Sequence record: NZ_CP104760.1
Origin: a plasmid
Length of the DNA stretch: 64,000 nucleotides
Reading direction: 5' to 3' (one strand)
In this document: positions 18,749-29,356 of the stretch, in pieces
How the letters are laid out: every line of letters starts with the position of its first letter
Position numbering within the stretch: the first letter of the stretch is position 1
The notes under the pieces: model-generated
Database searches by the model: none
The model's input: only the letters and a program-made list of their open reading frames with translations
Told to the model about the DNA's origin: nothing
Translations under genes and position numbers: made by a program

Positions 18749-18849
18749 GATTACTAACTTTTAGTTTGGGATGTTTTAATTTTTGGCCTGTTTTTCTGCT
18801 GATTGCAATCTATCAATATGGAATCAGGTTTTATTAATGAGGAATTACA

Positions 18850-19446
18850 ATGAAAGTCATGGTAATTGGCGCCAGCGGCACCATTGGCCGGGCGGTAGTG
18901 GATAATCTTGCCCCGGATCACGACATTATTCGGGTGGGTAAAACCCAGGGCGATCTGCAGGTTGACCTGACGGATGAGTCCAGCGTTAAGCGGCTGTTTG
19001 AGCAAAGCGGCGAGCTGGACGCTATTATCGCGGCGACCGGCAGCGTTCACTTCGGCCCCCTAAATGAGATGAGCAGCGAGCAGTTCAATAAAGGGCTGCA
19101 GGATAAGCTGATGGGGCAGGTCAGGCTTGTGCTGATCGGACAGCACTATCTGAAGCCCGGCGGCGTCTTTACGCTCACCACCGGAATTCTGACCCAGCAC
19201 CCTATCCGCACCGGCGTTAACGCGACGGCGGTCAACGGCGCGCTGGAAGGGTTCGTGCTTGCCGCAGCCAATGAGCTGCAGGGGCAGCGTATTAATGCGG
19301 TCAGCCCAACGGTTCTTACTGAAGCGCTGGAGAAATATGGCCCCTTTTTCCCCGGTTTCGAAAGCGCCGCAGCCAGCCGCGTCGCGCTGGCCTATCGCCG
19401 GAGCCTGGAGGGCATTGATAACGGCAAAGTTTACCGCGTCTGGTAA
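18850..19446 (+). CDS. short-chain dehydrogenase/reductase-like NAD(P)-binding protein
   Basis: Rossmann motif VIGASGTIGRAV. 198 aa. Divergent from the LysR gene. Confidence 0.7.
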   Translation: MKVMVIGASGTIGRAVVDNLAPDHDIIRVGKTQGDLQVDLTDESSVKRLFEQSGELDAIIAATGSVHFGPLNEMSSEQFNKGLQDKLMGQVRLVLIGQHYLKPGGVFTLTTGILTQHPIRTGVNATAVNGALEGFVLAAANELQGQRINAVSPTVLTEALEKYGPFFPGFESAAASRVALAYRRSLEGIDNGKVYRVW

Positions 19447-19467
19447 GAGTGATACGCGCTGGCGAAA

Positions 19468-19746
19468 TCACTTCGCCAGCGCGTGCGCCTGTTTATAAAC
19501 AGTCAGCAGGAGCTGTTCAATATTCATAAACGGGCCTCCGGCGCTGATTGTCTGGCGCAGCCAGACAATCTCAGGCTCCACGCCTCGGGGGAACAGACGC
19601 CTGTCGCTGGCGCGTCTGAGCCAGCGGCTCAGGAAAATAATGTGTGCCGTGGGGGATCGCGCGGCCTGATATTTAGCGGCGAACTTAAGGGCGACCAGCG
19701 CGCAATAATAAAAGTGCGCTTTATCTTCCACGTCGAGCCGGTTCAT
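19468..19746 (-). CDS. hypothetical protein (92 aa), last gene of dad-containing operon
   Basis: ORF 13 bp downstream of dadX, same strand. No motif recognised. Confidence 0.4.
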   Translation of the reverse strand: MNRLDVEDKAHFYYCALVALKFAAKYQAARSPTAHIIFLSRWLRRASDRRLFPRGVEPEIVWLRQTISAGGPFMNIEQLLLTVYKQAHALAK

Positions 19747-19758
19747 CTTTAAGCCTCC

Positions 19759-20829
19759 TTAACCTGTAACGACGGGCACTCTGGGGGCCAGCGCGCTGAG
19801 TAACTCATAACCCAGGGTGCCGGCCGCGTGCGCAACGTCATCCACCGGCAGTGCGGGGCCCCACAGCTCCACCGGGCTGCCCACCTGCGCATCAGGGCAG
19901 GGGGTCAGGTCAACGGCGATCATGTCCATAGAGACGGTGCCGACGATCCCGGTTCTCACGCCATTCACCAGCACCGGCGTCCCGCTGGGAGCCTGCCTGG
20001 GATAGCCGTCCGCATAGCCGCAGGCCACAATCCCGATACGCTGCGGCCCCGCTGCGCTAAACCTGCCACCGTAGCCAACGCGGGCGCCTGTCTGCAAATG
20101 CTGCACGGCGATAATCTGGCTGGTTAAGCGCATCACCGGCATAAGGCCGGTATCGGCAATATCCTGCCAGCGACCGCTGGGCGATGCGCCATAAAGCACG
20201 ATCCCGGGACGCACCCAGTCCGCATGGGTTTGCGGATGCCATAAGGTTGCCGCAGAGTTAGCCAGGCAATGCGGCAGCCGCAACGCTGCCGTCAGCGACC
20301 CGATCAGCGCCATCGGCTCCGCGACGCCCGCGTCCTCGTCGGCGCTGGCGAAGTGGGACATAAGGATGATTTCCCCGATCTGAGGCGTGGCGCTGGCCTC
20401 ACGCCAGGCGGCATGGAGGCGCTCCGGCGCAAAGCCGAGACGGTTCATACCGGAATTCACCTTCAGGTAAACAGGAATGGGGCGCTGTACGCGAGCGGCG
20501 GCTATAGCGGCCAGCTGCCAGAAGCTGTGCACGGCGGTTGTCAGCTGATAGCGGTCGATAAGCAGCAGATCGTCAGGCTCGAAAAACCCCTCCAGCAGCA
20601 GGATCGGACCCGTCCAGCCCAGCTCCCGCAGCCGGATCGCTTCATTAAGATCGAGCAGGGCAAAACCATCGCTGCTTTGCAAAGCCCGCCAGACATGATC
20701 GATACCGTGTCCGTACGCGTTCGCTTTTACTACGGACCAGATTTTTGCCTGGCCCGCTTTCTGACGAATAAGAGCAAGATTATGCCGCAGGGCGGCAGGC
20801 GAGATTTCAGCCCGAACAGGACGTGGCAC
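19759..20829 (-). CDS. dadX: alanine racemase, catabolic
   Basis: PLP-Lys motif [10 protein letters not shown]. 356 aa. Downstream of dadA as in the enterobacterial dadAX operon. Confidence 0.85.
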   Translation of the reverse strand: MPRPVRAEISPAALRHNLALIRQKAGQAKIWSVVKANAYGHGIDHVWRALQSSDGFALLDLNEAIRLRELGWTGPILLLEGFFEPDDLLLIDRYQLTTAVHSFWQLAAIAAARVQRPIPVYLKVNSGMNRLGFAPERLHAAWREASATPQIGEIILMSHFASADEDAGVAEPMALIGSLTAALRLPHCLANSAATLWHPQTHADWVRPGIVLYGASPSGRWQDIADTGLMPVMRLTSQIIAVQHLQTGARVGYGGRFSAAGPQRIGIVACGYADGYPRQAPSGTPVLVNGVRTGIVGTVSMDMIAVDLTPCPDAQVGSPVELWGPALPVDDVAHAAGTLGYELLSALAPRVPVVTG

Positions 20830-20850
20830 AGGCGCTCCTCCAGCTATCGG

Positions 20851-22146
20851 TTAATGGGCTTCTACAGCCGTATCGTGGAAACGTTCTCCGGTCAGGCCGT
20901 GATAGCGCGCAACGGACAGATCGCTGAAAGGGATAGCGGGCGTGGTGCCGGAAATCAGGTCGGCTATCAGCTGCCCCGAACCGCAGGCCATCGTCCATCC
21001 CAGCGTGCCGTGACCGGTATTGAGATAGAGGTTTTTAAAGCGGGTAGCGCCAACGATCGGGGTGCCATCCGGGGTCATGGGCCGCAGCCCGGTCCAGAAC
21101 GTCGCGCTGGCGAGATCGCCGCCGCCGGGATAAAGATCCTCTACTACCATTTTCAGCGTTTCTCGCCGCGCATTTTTCAGGCGGGTATTAAAGCCGACGA
21201 TTTCCGCCATGCCGCCGACGCGAATGCGATCGTCAAAGCGCGTCACCGCGACCTTATAGGTTTCATCAAGGATGGTGGAGGCGGGTGCCTTAGCGGCGTC
21301 GGCAATGGGAATCGTCAGCGAGTAGCCTTTCAGCGGGTAAACAGGAAGGGAGACCAGCCCCTTTAACAGCCGGGTCGAAAAGGAGCCAAGCGCCACGATA
21401 TAGCGATCGGCGGTCATCAGACGCTCTCCGCACTTCACGCCGATAATACGGTCGCCCTCTGCGATCAAACGCTCGACGTCAAGGTCATAGACAAAGGTCA
21501 CGCCAGCCGCCGCGGCCCGCTGCGCCAGCTTTTTAGTAAACATCTGGCAGTCGCCCGTTTCATCGTTAGGCAGGCGCAATCCTCCCGTCAGCTTGTGCGC
21601 CGAGGCGGCAAGCGCTGGCTCCGAGAGCCGCAGCTGATGCGGCTCCAGCAGCTCATAGGGCACGCCAGCCTCCTCTAATACAGCAATATCCTGCGCCGCA
21701 TGAGCGAACTGCGCGTCGGTGCGAAACAGCTGTAAGGTGCCGCCCTGACGCTCGTGGTAATGCATCCCGGTGTCGCGGCGCAGTTCACGCAGACAGTCGC
21801 GGCTGTATTCGGCGATGCGCACCATACGCGCTTTGTTAACGGCATACTGCTCCGCGTTGCAGTTTTTCAGCATCTGCCACATCCACTGCAGCTGAAACAG
21901 CGAGCCATCCGGGCGAAGCGCCAGCGGCGCGTGCTTCTGAAACATCCATTTGATGGCTTTTAACGGGATGCCCGGCGCAGCCCAGGGCGTCGCGTAGCCG
22001 GGCGAGATCTGTCCCGCGTTGCCCGCGCTGGTCTCCTCCGCGGCGGCTGGCTGACGATCCACCACAATCACTTCGTGTCCGGCTTTGGCGAGATACCACG
22101 CGCTGGTCACGCCGACCACGCCGCTACCCAAAATTAATACTTTCAT
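20851..22146 (-). CDS. dadA: D-amino acid dehydrogenase small subunit
   Basis: FAD motif [31 protein letters not shown]. 431 aa, typical DadA length and N-terminus. Confidence 0.85.
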   Translation of the reverse strand: MKVLILGSGVVGVTSAWYLAKAGHEVIVVDRQPAAAEETSAGNAGQISPGYATPWAAPGIPLKAIKWMFQKHAPLALRPDGSLFQLQWMWQMLKNCNAEQYAVNKARMVRIAEYSRDCLRELRRDTGMHYHERQGGTLQLFRTDAQFAHAAQDIAVLEEAGVPYELLEPHQLRLSEPALAASAHKLTGGLRLPNDETGDCQMFTKKLAQRAAAAGVTFVYDLDVERLIAEGDRIIGVKCGERLMTADRYIVALGSFSTRLLKGLVSLPVYPLKGYSLTIPIADAAKAPASTILDETYKVAVTRFDDRIRVGGMAEIVGFNTRLKNARRETLKMVVEDLYPGGGDLASATFWTGLRPMTPDGTPIVGATRFKNLYLNTGHGTLGWTMACGSGQLIADLISGTTPAIPFSDLSVARYHGLTGERFHDTAVEAH

Positions 22147-22193
22147 CTGGCGAACTCCTTGAGCGTAGCGGCTGCCAGGCAGCCGTTTCAGGG

Positions 22194-23690
22194 TTAGCTG
22201 TTGCTGGGGAAGGCAAACTGCGCCGCTTCCTGCGATTTCTGCCGGGGCCAGCGCTGAGTGATGGTTTTACGACGCGTATAGAAGCGCACGCCGTCAGGAC
22301 CGTAAGCATGCAGATCGCCGAACAGTGAACGTTTCCAGCCGCCAAAGCTGTGAAAGGCGACCGGCACCGGCAGCGGCACGTTAACGCCGACCATGCCCGC
22401 TTCGATTTCGTTGCCGAAGGTGCGCGCCGCTTCGCCGTCACGCGTAAAAATACAGGTGCCGTTGCCATATTCATGACGGTTGATCAGCGCGATGGCTTCG
22501 CCAAGCGAGCTGACGCGCACCACGCAGAGAACGGGTCCGAATATCTCCTCTTTATAGATACGCATCTCCGGCGTGACGCGATCGAACAGGCATCCCCCGA
22601 GGAAGTAGCCGTTCTCGTGGCCTGCTACGCGCAGCGTGCGGCCGTCAATGACCAGCTCAGCGCCCGCGGCGACCCCGTCATCGATGTAGCCGGTCACCTT
22701 TTCCTTGTGCGCGGCGGTCACCAGCGGGCCCATATCCAGACCGCAGGCGGTGCCCGCCCCGACCTTCAGCGCAGTGATTTTGGGCGAGAGCCGGGCGATG
22801 AGCGCATCAGCCACCGCATCGCCGACACATACCGCAACAGAGATCGCCATGCAGCGCTCACCGCAGGAGCCGTAGGCTGCCCCCATCAGCGCGCTGACCG
22901 CGTTATCAAGATCGGCGTCCGGCATGACGACCGCATGATTTTTCGCTCCGCCCAGCGCCTGCACGCGTTTGCCGCGCCGGGTGCCTTCGCGGTAGATATA
23001 CTCGGCAACCGGCGTAGAGCCGACAAAGCTGATCGCCTTCACCTCGTCGCTTTCGATCAGCGCATCGACCGCCTCTTTATCGCCGTTCACCACGTTCAGC
23101 ACGCCTGCGGGTAAGCCAGCCTGCTGGAACAGCGAGGCGATAAGCAGCGTGGAGCTGGGATCGCGCTCAGAGGGCTTGAGCACAAAGGTGTTGCCGCAGG
23201 CGATCGCCAGCGGATACATCCACAGCGGCACCATGGCTGGAAAGTTAAAGGGCGTAATGCCAGCCACCACGCCTACCGCGTGAAAGTCACTCCATGAGTC
23301 GATATCCGGTCCCGCATTGCGGCTGTATTCGCCTTTAAGCAATTCAGGCGCCGCGCTGGCGTATTCCACGTTCTCTATTCCGCGTTTCAGTTCGCCCGCC
23401 GCGTCCTCCAGAGTCTTGCCATGCTCTTCGCTGATAAGCTGAACGATCGCTTTTTCATTGGCCTCCAGCAGCTGTTTAAAGCGAAACAGCACCTGCACCC
23501 GCTTCGCCGGGGGCATGCTGCGCCAGGCGGGCAGCGCGGCGCTGGCGGCAGCAATCGCCTCCTGTACCGTGGTGGCGCTCGCCAGCTCAACCTGACGAAT
23601 CGCTTCGCCGGTAGCGGGGTTGAACACGCTGGCTGTACGGCCGTCGGGCTTGCGCATTTCGCCGTTTATCAGATGGGTAATAATGGTCAT
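22194..23690 (-). CDS. mmsA: CoA-acylating methylmalonate/malonate-semialdehyde dehydrogenase
   Basis: Start ATG 23690 ([10 protein letters not shown]), preceded by GAGG. ALDH motifs and catalytic Cys region. MmsA-type N-terminus and length (~498 aa). Confidence 0.8.
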   Translation of the reverse strand: MTIITHLINGEMRKPDGRTASVFNPATGEAIRQVELASATTVQEAIAAASAALPAWRSMPPAKRVQVLFRFKQLLEANEKAIVQLISEEHGKTLEDAAGELKRGIENVEYASAAPELLKGEYSRNAGPDIDSWSDFHAVGVVAGITPFNFPAMVPLWMYPLAIACGNTFVLKPSERDPSSTLLIASLFQQAGLPAGVLNVVNGDKEAVDALIESDEVKAISFVGSTPVAEYIYREGTRRGKRVQALGGAKNHAVVMPDADLDNAVSALMGAAYGSCGERCMAISVAVCVGDAVADALIARLSPKITALKVGAGTACGLDMGPLVTAAHKEKVTGYIDDGVAAGAELVIDGRTLRVAGHENGYFLGGCLFDRVTPEMRIYKEEIFGPVLCVVRVSSLGEAIALINRHEYGNGTCIFTRDGEAARTFGNEIEAGMVGVNVPLPVPVAFHSFGGWKRSLFGDLHAYGPDGVRFYTRRKTITQRWPRQKSQEAAQFAFPSNS

Positions 23691-23704
23691 GTTGCTTGCC
23701 TCGC

Positions 23705-25036
23705 TTAACTGATGTGATGCAGGGCTTCGCCCACCGCGTCGAACAGGCGATCCAGTTCCGCGGGCTGCGTGTTGAACATCGGGCCGAACTGCAGCGTGTC
23801 GCCGCCAAAACGCACGTAAAAACCCGCTTTCCATAGCGCCATCCCGGCATCGAAAGGCCGAACCGTGGCATCGCCGTCCCGCGGCGCCAGCTGAATAGCG
23901 CCCACCAGACCGCAGTTACGGATATCGACGACGTTTGGACAGCGGGCAAGGGCGTGAAGGGTGCGCTCAAAGCAGGGCGCCAGTTCGGCAGACTGGGCAA
24001 TCAGCGACTCGCTCTCCAGCAGGTCGAGGGTCGCAAGCCCCGCCGCGCAGGCGACCGGGTGCGCTGAGTAGGTGTAGCCGTGGGCAAACTCAACGGCGTG
24101 CTCGGGCAGCGACTGCGACATAAAGGTGTTATAGATTTCGCTGCTGGCGACCACGCCGCCGAGCGGAATAGCGCCGTTAGTGACCTGCTTGGCGAAGTTG
24201 AGCATATCTGGCGTGACGCCAAAATACTCCGCGCCGCTCCAGCGCCCCATGCGGCCAAAGCCGGTAATGACCTCATCGAATATCAGCAGGATATTGTGCT
24301 GGGTACAGATTTCACGCAGGCGCTGCAGATAGCCGCGCGGCGGGATAATGGCGCCAGCAGATCCCGAGAGCGGCTCGACGATCAGCGCGGCAATGTTCGA
24401 GGCGTCATGCAGCTCAATCAGCCTGAGCATCTCATTCGCCAGCGCTTCGCCGCCGGTTTCGGCCTGTCCTCGGGTAAAGGGGAGATCGGCCTGTAGCGTG
24501 TGCGGGAGATGATCGACATCCATAAACTGGCCGAACATCTTGCGGTTGCCGCCGATGCCGCCCAAGCTGGTCCCGGCGATATTCACGCCGTGGTAGCCGC
24601 GCGCCCGGCCAATCAGTTTGGTTTTCGCCGGCTGGCCTTTGGCGCGCCAGTAGGCACGCGCCATCTTCACTGCCGTATCGGCTGATTCGGAGCCCGAACC
24701 GGTAAAAAAGACGTGATTTAACTCGCCTGGCATGCGGCGCGCGATCTTGTCGGCCAGTTGAAACGAGAGCGGATGACCGTACTGGAAGCCGGGCGAGTAA
24801 TCGAGCGTGCTGAGCTGCTTCGCCACGGCCTGCTGGATCGCGCTGCGGGTATGGCCAGCGCCGCAGGTCCAGAGTCCGGAGAGGCTGTCGAATATCTGCC
24901 GCCCCTTATCATCCGTTAGCCAGCGTCCCTCAGCGGCAACGATAAAGCGCGGATCGCGCTGGAAATTACGGTTGGCGCTGAATGGCATCCAGTGCGCCTG
25001 TAAATTGAGCGAGGCGGTATTAACGGATTCGGACAT
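23705..25036 (-). CDS. class-III omega-aminotransferase (beta-alanine/omega-amino acid:pyruvate transaminase-like)
   Basis: 443 aa. Motifs SLSGLWTCGAGH, FFTGSGSESADTAVKMAR and DEVITGFGRMG (PLP-Lys region) match the omega-amino acid-pyruvate aminotransferase subfamily. Confidence 0.8.
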   Translation of the reverse strand: MSESVNTASLNLQAHWMPFSANRNFQRDPRFIVAAEGRWLTDDKGRQIFDSLSGLWTCGAGHTRSAIQQAVAKQLSTLDYSPGFQYGHPLSFQLADKIARRMPGELNHVFFTGSGSESADTAVKMARAYWRAKGQPAKTKLIGRARGYHGVNIAGTSLGGIGGNRKMFGQFMDVDHLPHTLQADLPFTRGQAETGGEALANEMLRLIELHDASNIAALIVEPLSGSAGAIIPPRGYLQRLREICTQHNILLIFDEVITGFGRMGRWSGAEYFGVTPDMLNFAKQVTNGAIPLGGVVASSEIYNTFMSQSLPEHAVEFAHGYTYSAHPVACAAGLATLDLLESESLIAQSAELAPCFERTLHALARCPNVVDIRNCGLVGAIQLAPRDGDATVRPFDAGMALWKAGFYVRFGGDTLQFGPMFNTQPAELDRLFDAVGEALHHIS

Positions 25037-25134
25037 GATTTTTCCTCCAGACGGGTGTCAGGAGAGTTTGCAATCAAGTCTCAGGTAAGTTAAATGCATA
25101 TAAACTCACCTTCACTTATGGAAATTCTCACCTT

Positions 25135-26037
25135 ATGAAAAGCAAATCTCTGGCCCAGGTCACCGATTTTGACCTGAAGCTGCTGCGCATATTTAAAACG
25201 GTGAGCGAGTGCGGAAGTTTCTCAGCCGCCGAAAGCCTGCTGGGCATTACGCGCTCCGCCATCAGCCTTAACATGAGCGACCTGGAAAAGCGGCTGGGTA
25301 TGCGTCTGTGCCAGCGCGGACGATCGGGCTTTGCGCTGACGGATGAAGGGCGCGAGATTCTCAGGCACAGCGACAGCATGATGGCGGCGATTGAGAACTT
25401 CCGGCAGCAGGTTAACCAGATGCACAAGCAGCTGCGCGGCGAGTTCAATATCGGGATTATTAATAATCTGGTGACGCAGCCGCGTATGAAAATCACCCAT
25501 GCGCTGGATTCGCTGCGCGCCAGCGGCCCGGATATTCGGCTGAATATCAGCATGATGACCGCTTCTGATATCGAACGCGGGCTGATGGACGGCCGGCTGC
25601 ATGTCGGCGCGCTGCCGCTGACGTCGCCGATTTCGGGACTGGACTACATGCAGCTTTATGATGAGAAATCAAACCTTTACTGTAGCAGCAAGCACCCGCT
25701 CTTCTCTCAGGAAACGCCGCCTGACGATGCACAGCTGATGCAGTTTGACGCCGTTGCGCCGGGCTTTCGCATGACGGCCGAGGCGATTGGCATGCATCAG
25801 AAGCTTCACTGCACGGCGACCGCCTCTGATCGTGAAGGCATCGCGTTTCTGATCCTGACCGGACGCTTTATCGGCTTCCTGCCCGATCACTATGCCGCGC
25901 AGTGGGTGGAAAAAGCGCAGATGCGCGCCGTTGCGCCAGTGCGCCTGCACTTCAGCAGTAAAATCGGTATCGCCACCCGCACCGGCCGCCGTGCAAATGC
26001 CATTCTGGAAAAATTCATCCAGTCACTCGATCTCTAA
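25135..26037 (+). CDS. LysR-family transcriptional regulator (divergent from aminotransferase operon)
   Basis: HTH: LKLLRIFKTVSECGSFSAAESLLGITRSAISLNMSDLEKRLGMRLCQR. Confidence 0.85.
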   Translation: MKSKSLAQVTDFDLKLLRIFKTVSECGSFSAAESLLGITRSAISLNMSDLEKRLGMRLCQRGRSGFALTDEGREILRHSDSMMAAIENFRQQVNQMHKQLRGEFNIGIINNLVTQPRMKITHALDSLRASGPDIRLNISMMTASDIERGLMDGRLHVGALPLTSPISGLDYMQLYDEKSNLYCSSKHPLFSQETPPDDAQLMQFDAVAPGFRMTAEAIGMHQKLHCTATASDREGIAFLILTGRFIGFLPDHYAAQWVEKAQMRAVAPVRLHFSSKIGIATRTGRRANAILEKFIQSLDL

Positions 26038-26247
26038 AACCCGCCTCTCTTCTGCTTTATGACGCCGGTCACACCCATCTGGCGATCGGCGTCAAAGTTT
26101 GACCATAAGTAAACCATATTGGTTGACTTTGTTAATTTTGTGCTTCTATTCTCCGAGTGGTAATGCATACAAGGATGCACACAAATTAAGGAAGTAACAC
26201 ACCCAACTGTTCCTGTTCGCAACATCTAACGTTTGGACGAGGTCGTT

Positions 26248-27081
26248 ATGGTCAGTGTTCGTTTATCCGCTTTTAAAAAGCTCGCCTGCTGTCTGGCGCT
26301 GGGCAGCGCGCTGTGCGCCCCGGCATCTTCCGCCCTGGCTGCCGACAACTTCTGGCAGACAATTCAGCAAAAAGGCGTGCTGCGCTGCGGCGCGGCACCA
26401 GCGGCGCCTTACGTCATGCGCGATCCAAAAACGCAGCAGTACAGCGGCTACTTTGCCGAACTGTGCCGCGACTTTGCGCAGAACGTGCTGAAGGTGAAGG
26501 TGCAGTTCGTTGACGCCAGCTGGGACACGCTGGTCGCGGGCCTGCAGAGCGACAAATGGGATTTGGCGATGGCGCTGAATCAGACGCCGGAGCGCGCGCT
26601 GGCGGTGGGCTTCTCAGTACCGGCGCAGGATTATCAAATCTCTTTCCTGGTCAATAAGCAGAACCCGAAGGTAAACGGCCTGGGCAATAAACTGGCGGAT
26701 TACGATAAGGAAGAGGTGACCTTCGCGGTAATGTCGGGCACGGCGCAGGATAAAGCGATCAGCGCCGCGATCAAAAAAGCCAAAATTATGCGTCTGCCGG
26801 GTAACGACGAAAGCCGCATGGCCCTGATGGCGCGGCGCGCGGACGTACTGGTTGACGCCAGCGACACCAACCACCTGTTCGCCGTGGCGAACCCGGACTG
26901 GGCGAAAGAGATCCTGCCCACCCCGGCGCTGGCGAAGCAGGGCGTCTCCTTCGGCCTGCCGCGCGCTGTCTCCGCGGCCGATCTGGATGTACTTAACATT
27001 TACCTGAGCCAGCGTCGCGCCACGGGCGATATCGACAGGCTGGTTAACCAGGCATCCATTCAGGCGAACGCCGCTAAATAA
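26248..27081 (+). CDS. polar amino-acid ABC transporter substrate-binding protein (family 3)
   Basis: Start ATG 26248 after GGACGAGG. Signal peptide ending SSALAADN. SBP_bac_3-like layout. Confidence 0.75.
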   Translation: MVSVRLSAFKKLACCLALGSALCAPASSALAADNFWQTIQQKGVLRCGAAPAAPYVMRDPKTQQYSGYFAELCRDFAQNVLKVKVQFVDASWDTLVAGLQSDKWDLAMALNQTPERALAVGFSVPAQDYQISFLVNKQNPKVNGLGNKLADYDKEEVTFAVMSGTAQDKAISAAIKKAKIMRLPGNDESRMALMARRADVLVDASDTNHLFAVANPDWAKEILPTPALAKQGVSFGLPRAVSAADLDVLNIYLSQRRATGDIDRLVNQASIQANAAK

Positions 27082-27137
27082 CAGCTGATTGAATTTCACA
27101 GAGTCGCGTGCATGCCGCACGCAGCGGAGAAATAACT

Positions 27138-27974
27138 ATGAATGGCTCAACCAATCTGGCGGCGGCTCCCGCTCGCCCGCAGGACGTACGCCCGTTATTT
27201 ATCAATGAATTTAATAAAGGCGAATTTATTCAGCTGGAAAACGTCAGCAAGGCATATGGTGATTTGGTCGTTATGGATAATTTCCAGCTCAGCATGAAAA
27301 ACGACGACCGGCTGGTGATTATTGGGCCTAGCGGCAGCGGTAAAAGTTCTTTGCTGCGCGTATTAATGGGGCTGGAAGGGATTCAGCGCGGAACCATTAA
27401 TTTTCAGAAGCAACACTATATTGTCGGCGACAAAGAGAAGCAGGCAAAAATCGTCGATAATAATATTCAGAAAAAAATAGGAATGGTATTTCAGCACTAC
27501 ACGCTCTTCCCGCATCTCTCTGTTTTACAGAACCTGATCCTGGCGCCGGTTAAGGTGCACAAGGTGGCGAAAAAAACCGCCACCGATAAGGCGCGCGCTT
27601 TGCTGGCGCGCTTCGGGCTGGAAAGCAAGCTTAACGCCTATCCGAGCCAGCTGTCGGGCGGACAGAAGCAGCGTGTGGCGATTGCGCGCGCGCTGATGCT
27701 GGAGCCGGAGCTGATGCTGTTTGACGAAGTTACTTCCGCGCTCGATCCGGAAATGGTCACCGAAGTGCAGAACGTGATGATGCAGCTTGCCGAGCAAAAA
27801 ATGGCGATGATTATCGTGACCCACGATATGCACTTTGCGCGCAATATCGCCTCGCGCGTTATTTTCTGCGCTAACGGAAGGATCGTCGAACAGGGTCATC
27901 CTGAAATGTTATTTACCTGCCCGAAAGAGACCCGCACCCGTGAGTTTCTGGAAAAAGTCTTACACCTTAATTAA
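27138..27974 (+). CDS. amino-acid ABC transporter ATP-binding protein
   Basis: Start ATG 27138 after GGAG. Walker [13 protein letters not shown] signature LSGGQKQRVAIARAL. Walker B LMLFDEVTSALD. Confidence 0.85.
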   Translation: MNGSTNLAAAPARPQDVRPLFINEFNKGEFIQLENVSKAYGDLVVMDNFQLSMKNDDRLVIIGPSGSGKSSLLRVLMGLEGIQRGTINFQKQHYIVGDKEKQAKIVDNNIQKKIGMVFQHYTLFPHLSVLQNLILAPVKVHKVAKKTATDKARALLARFGLESKLNAYPSQLSGGQKQRVAIARALMLEPELMLFDEVTSALDPEMVTEVQNVMMQLAEQKMAMIIVTHDMHFARNIASRVIFCANGRIVEQGHPEMLFTCPKETRTREFLEKVLHLN

Positions 27975-27983
27975 GGGGGCGCG

Positions 27984-28655
27984 ATGGATTATCAATTTAA
28001 CTTCCACTTTCTCAGCGGACATTTCGACGCGCTGTGGGATGGCTTAAAAATAACCCTTGAGCTTTCACTGATGGCAAACGTGCTTGGCCTGACGCTGGGA
28101 TTTATTTTATGCCTGATGGCGATGAGCCGCTTTTCTGTTATTCGCTGGCCAACGAAATTATTTATTGAGTTTTTTCGCTGTACGCCGGTATTGCTGCAAA
28201 TCGTCTGGTTTTACTACTGCGTTCCAATGATGTTCAACCTGTTTATCGACCCGATATATATGGGCTTTCTGGCGCTAGGGCTGAACCTGGCCGCGTTTAA
28301 CGCCGAGGCCTACCGCGCGGGCGTGCAGGCCGTACCGCGAGAACATCACGACGCTGGCGTAGCGCTGGGGCTGAACGGCCTGCAGCAGACGCTTTATGTG
28401 GTGCTGCCGCAGGCGTTTCGCAGCGCGCTGCCGGTGCTGATGACCAACGGCATTTCCATCCTGCAGCAGACGGCGCTGGTCGCGATTGTCGCCATCTCCG
28501 ACCTGATGTACGTGGGGAAGAACATTGCCACCGAGAGCTATCGTCCGCTGGAAACCTACTCGCTGATCGCGCTGATCTACTTCGCGCTATCGCTGCCGAT
28601 TTCCCAGCTGGTTTCCTGGATCGAGCGTCGTCAGGACGCGGCGACGGCGCGCTAA
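27984..28655 (+). CDS. amino-acid ABC transporter permease (His/Glu/Gln/Arg/opine family)
   Basis: 223 aa, 5-6 TM segments. Permease of the polar amino-acid type. Confidence 0.8.
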   Translation: MDYQFNFHFLSGHFDALWDGLKITLELSLMANVLGLTLGFILCLMAMSRFSVIRWPTKLFIEFFRCTPVLLQIVWFYYCVPMMFNLFIDPIYMGFLALGLNLAAFNAEAYRAGVQAVPREHHDAGVALGLNGLQQTLYVVLPQAFRSALPVLMTNGISILQQTALVAIVAISDLMYVGKNIATESYRPLETYSLIALIYFALSLPISQLVSWIERRQDAATAR

Positions 28656-28665
28656 GGAGCGGATT

Positions 28666-29331
28666 ATGACGCTTGATTTCACGCAGGTTTTTTCTTACTG
28701 GCACGTGCTACTGCAGGGGCTGGGTATCACGCTGATTTTTACGCTGAGCTGCGCCGTGCTGGGAAGCCTGGCGGGCTTTGTTATCAGCCTGCTGCGCCTC
28801 TCCTCTTTTGCGCCGCTGCGCTGGCTGCTCACGCTCTACGTGGAGTTCTTTCGCGGAACGCCGCTGCTGATCCAGCTGTTCTGGGTGTTCTTTTGCTTTC
28901 CGGTGGTCTTCCGGCTCGATATTTCGCCCTGGGTCTGCGTCACGCTTTCACTGGTGATGTATATGGCGGCGATCACCAGCGAAACCTTTCGCGGCTCGCT
29001 GAAGTCGATCGCTGGCGAGCAGCATGACGCCTGCGTGGCGCTCAGCCTGACGCCTGCCGCCAGGGTGCTTTACGTTATTTTCCCGCAGGCGCTGCTGCGC
29101 GCCGTGCCAACGTTGCTGTCGAACGTGGTCAGCCTGTTTAAAGAGAGCGCGCTGATCTCGTCCGTCGGCGTCGCCGACCTGATGTTCGTCGGCCAGAACA
29201 TATCCAACAGTACGGCGCGTCCGGTTGAGTTTCTCACCGCCGTCGCTGTGATCTATTTCGTCGTGGCATTCCCCTTAACGCGTCTGGTGGGCGTCGTCGA
29301 GTCGCGTTTGCTGCGTCGCTACGCCCTTTGA
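28666..29331 (+). CDS. amino-acid ABC transporter permease (second subunit)
   Basis: 221 aa, paralogous to the preceding permease. Confidence 0.8.
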   Translation: MTLDFTQVFSYWHVLLQGLGITLIFTLSCAVLGSLAGFVISLLRLSSFAPLRWLLTLYVEFFRGTPLLIQLFWVFFCFPVVFRLDISPWVCVTLSLVMYMAAITSETFRGSLKSIAGEQHDACVALSLTPAARVLYVIFPQALLRAVPTLLSNVVSLFKESALISSVGVADLMFVGQNISNSTARPVEFLTAVAVIYFVVAFPLTRLVGVVESRLLRRYAL

Positions 29332-29356
29332 TAACCGATCCACAGGAGCTGTAACC

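Noticed and set aside
20269-21366. 365-aa plus-strand ORF
   Set aside because: Antisense to dadX/dadA, which have clear homology. Spurious.
22350-23114. 254-aa plus-strand ORF
   Set aside because: Antisense to mmsA.
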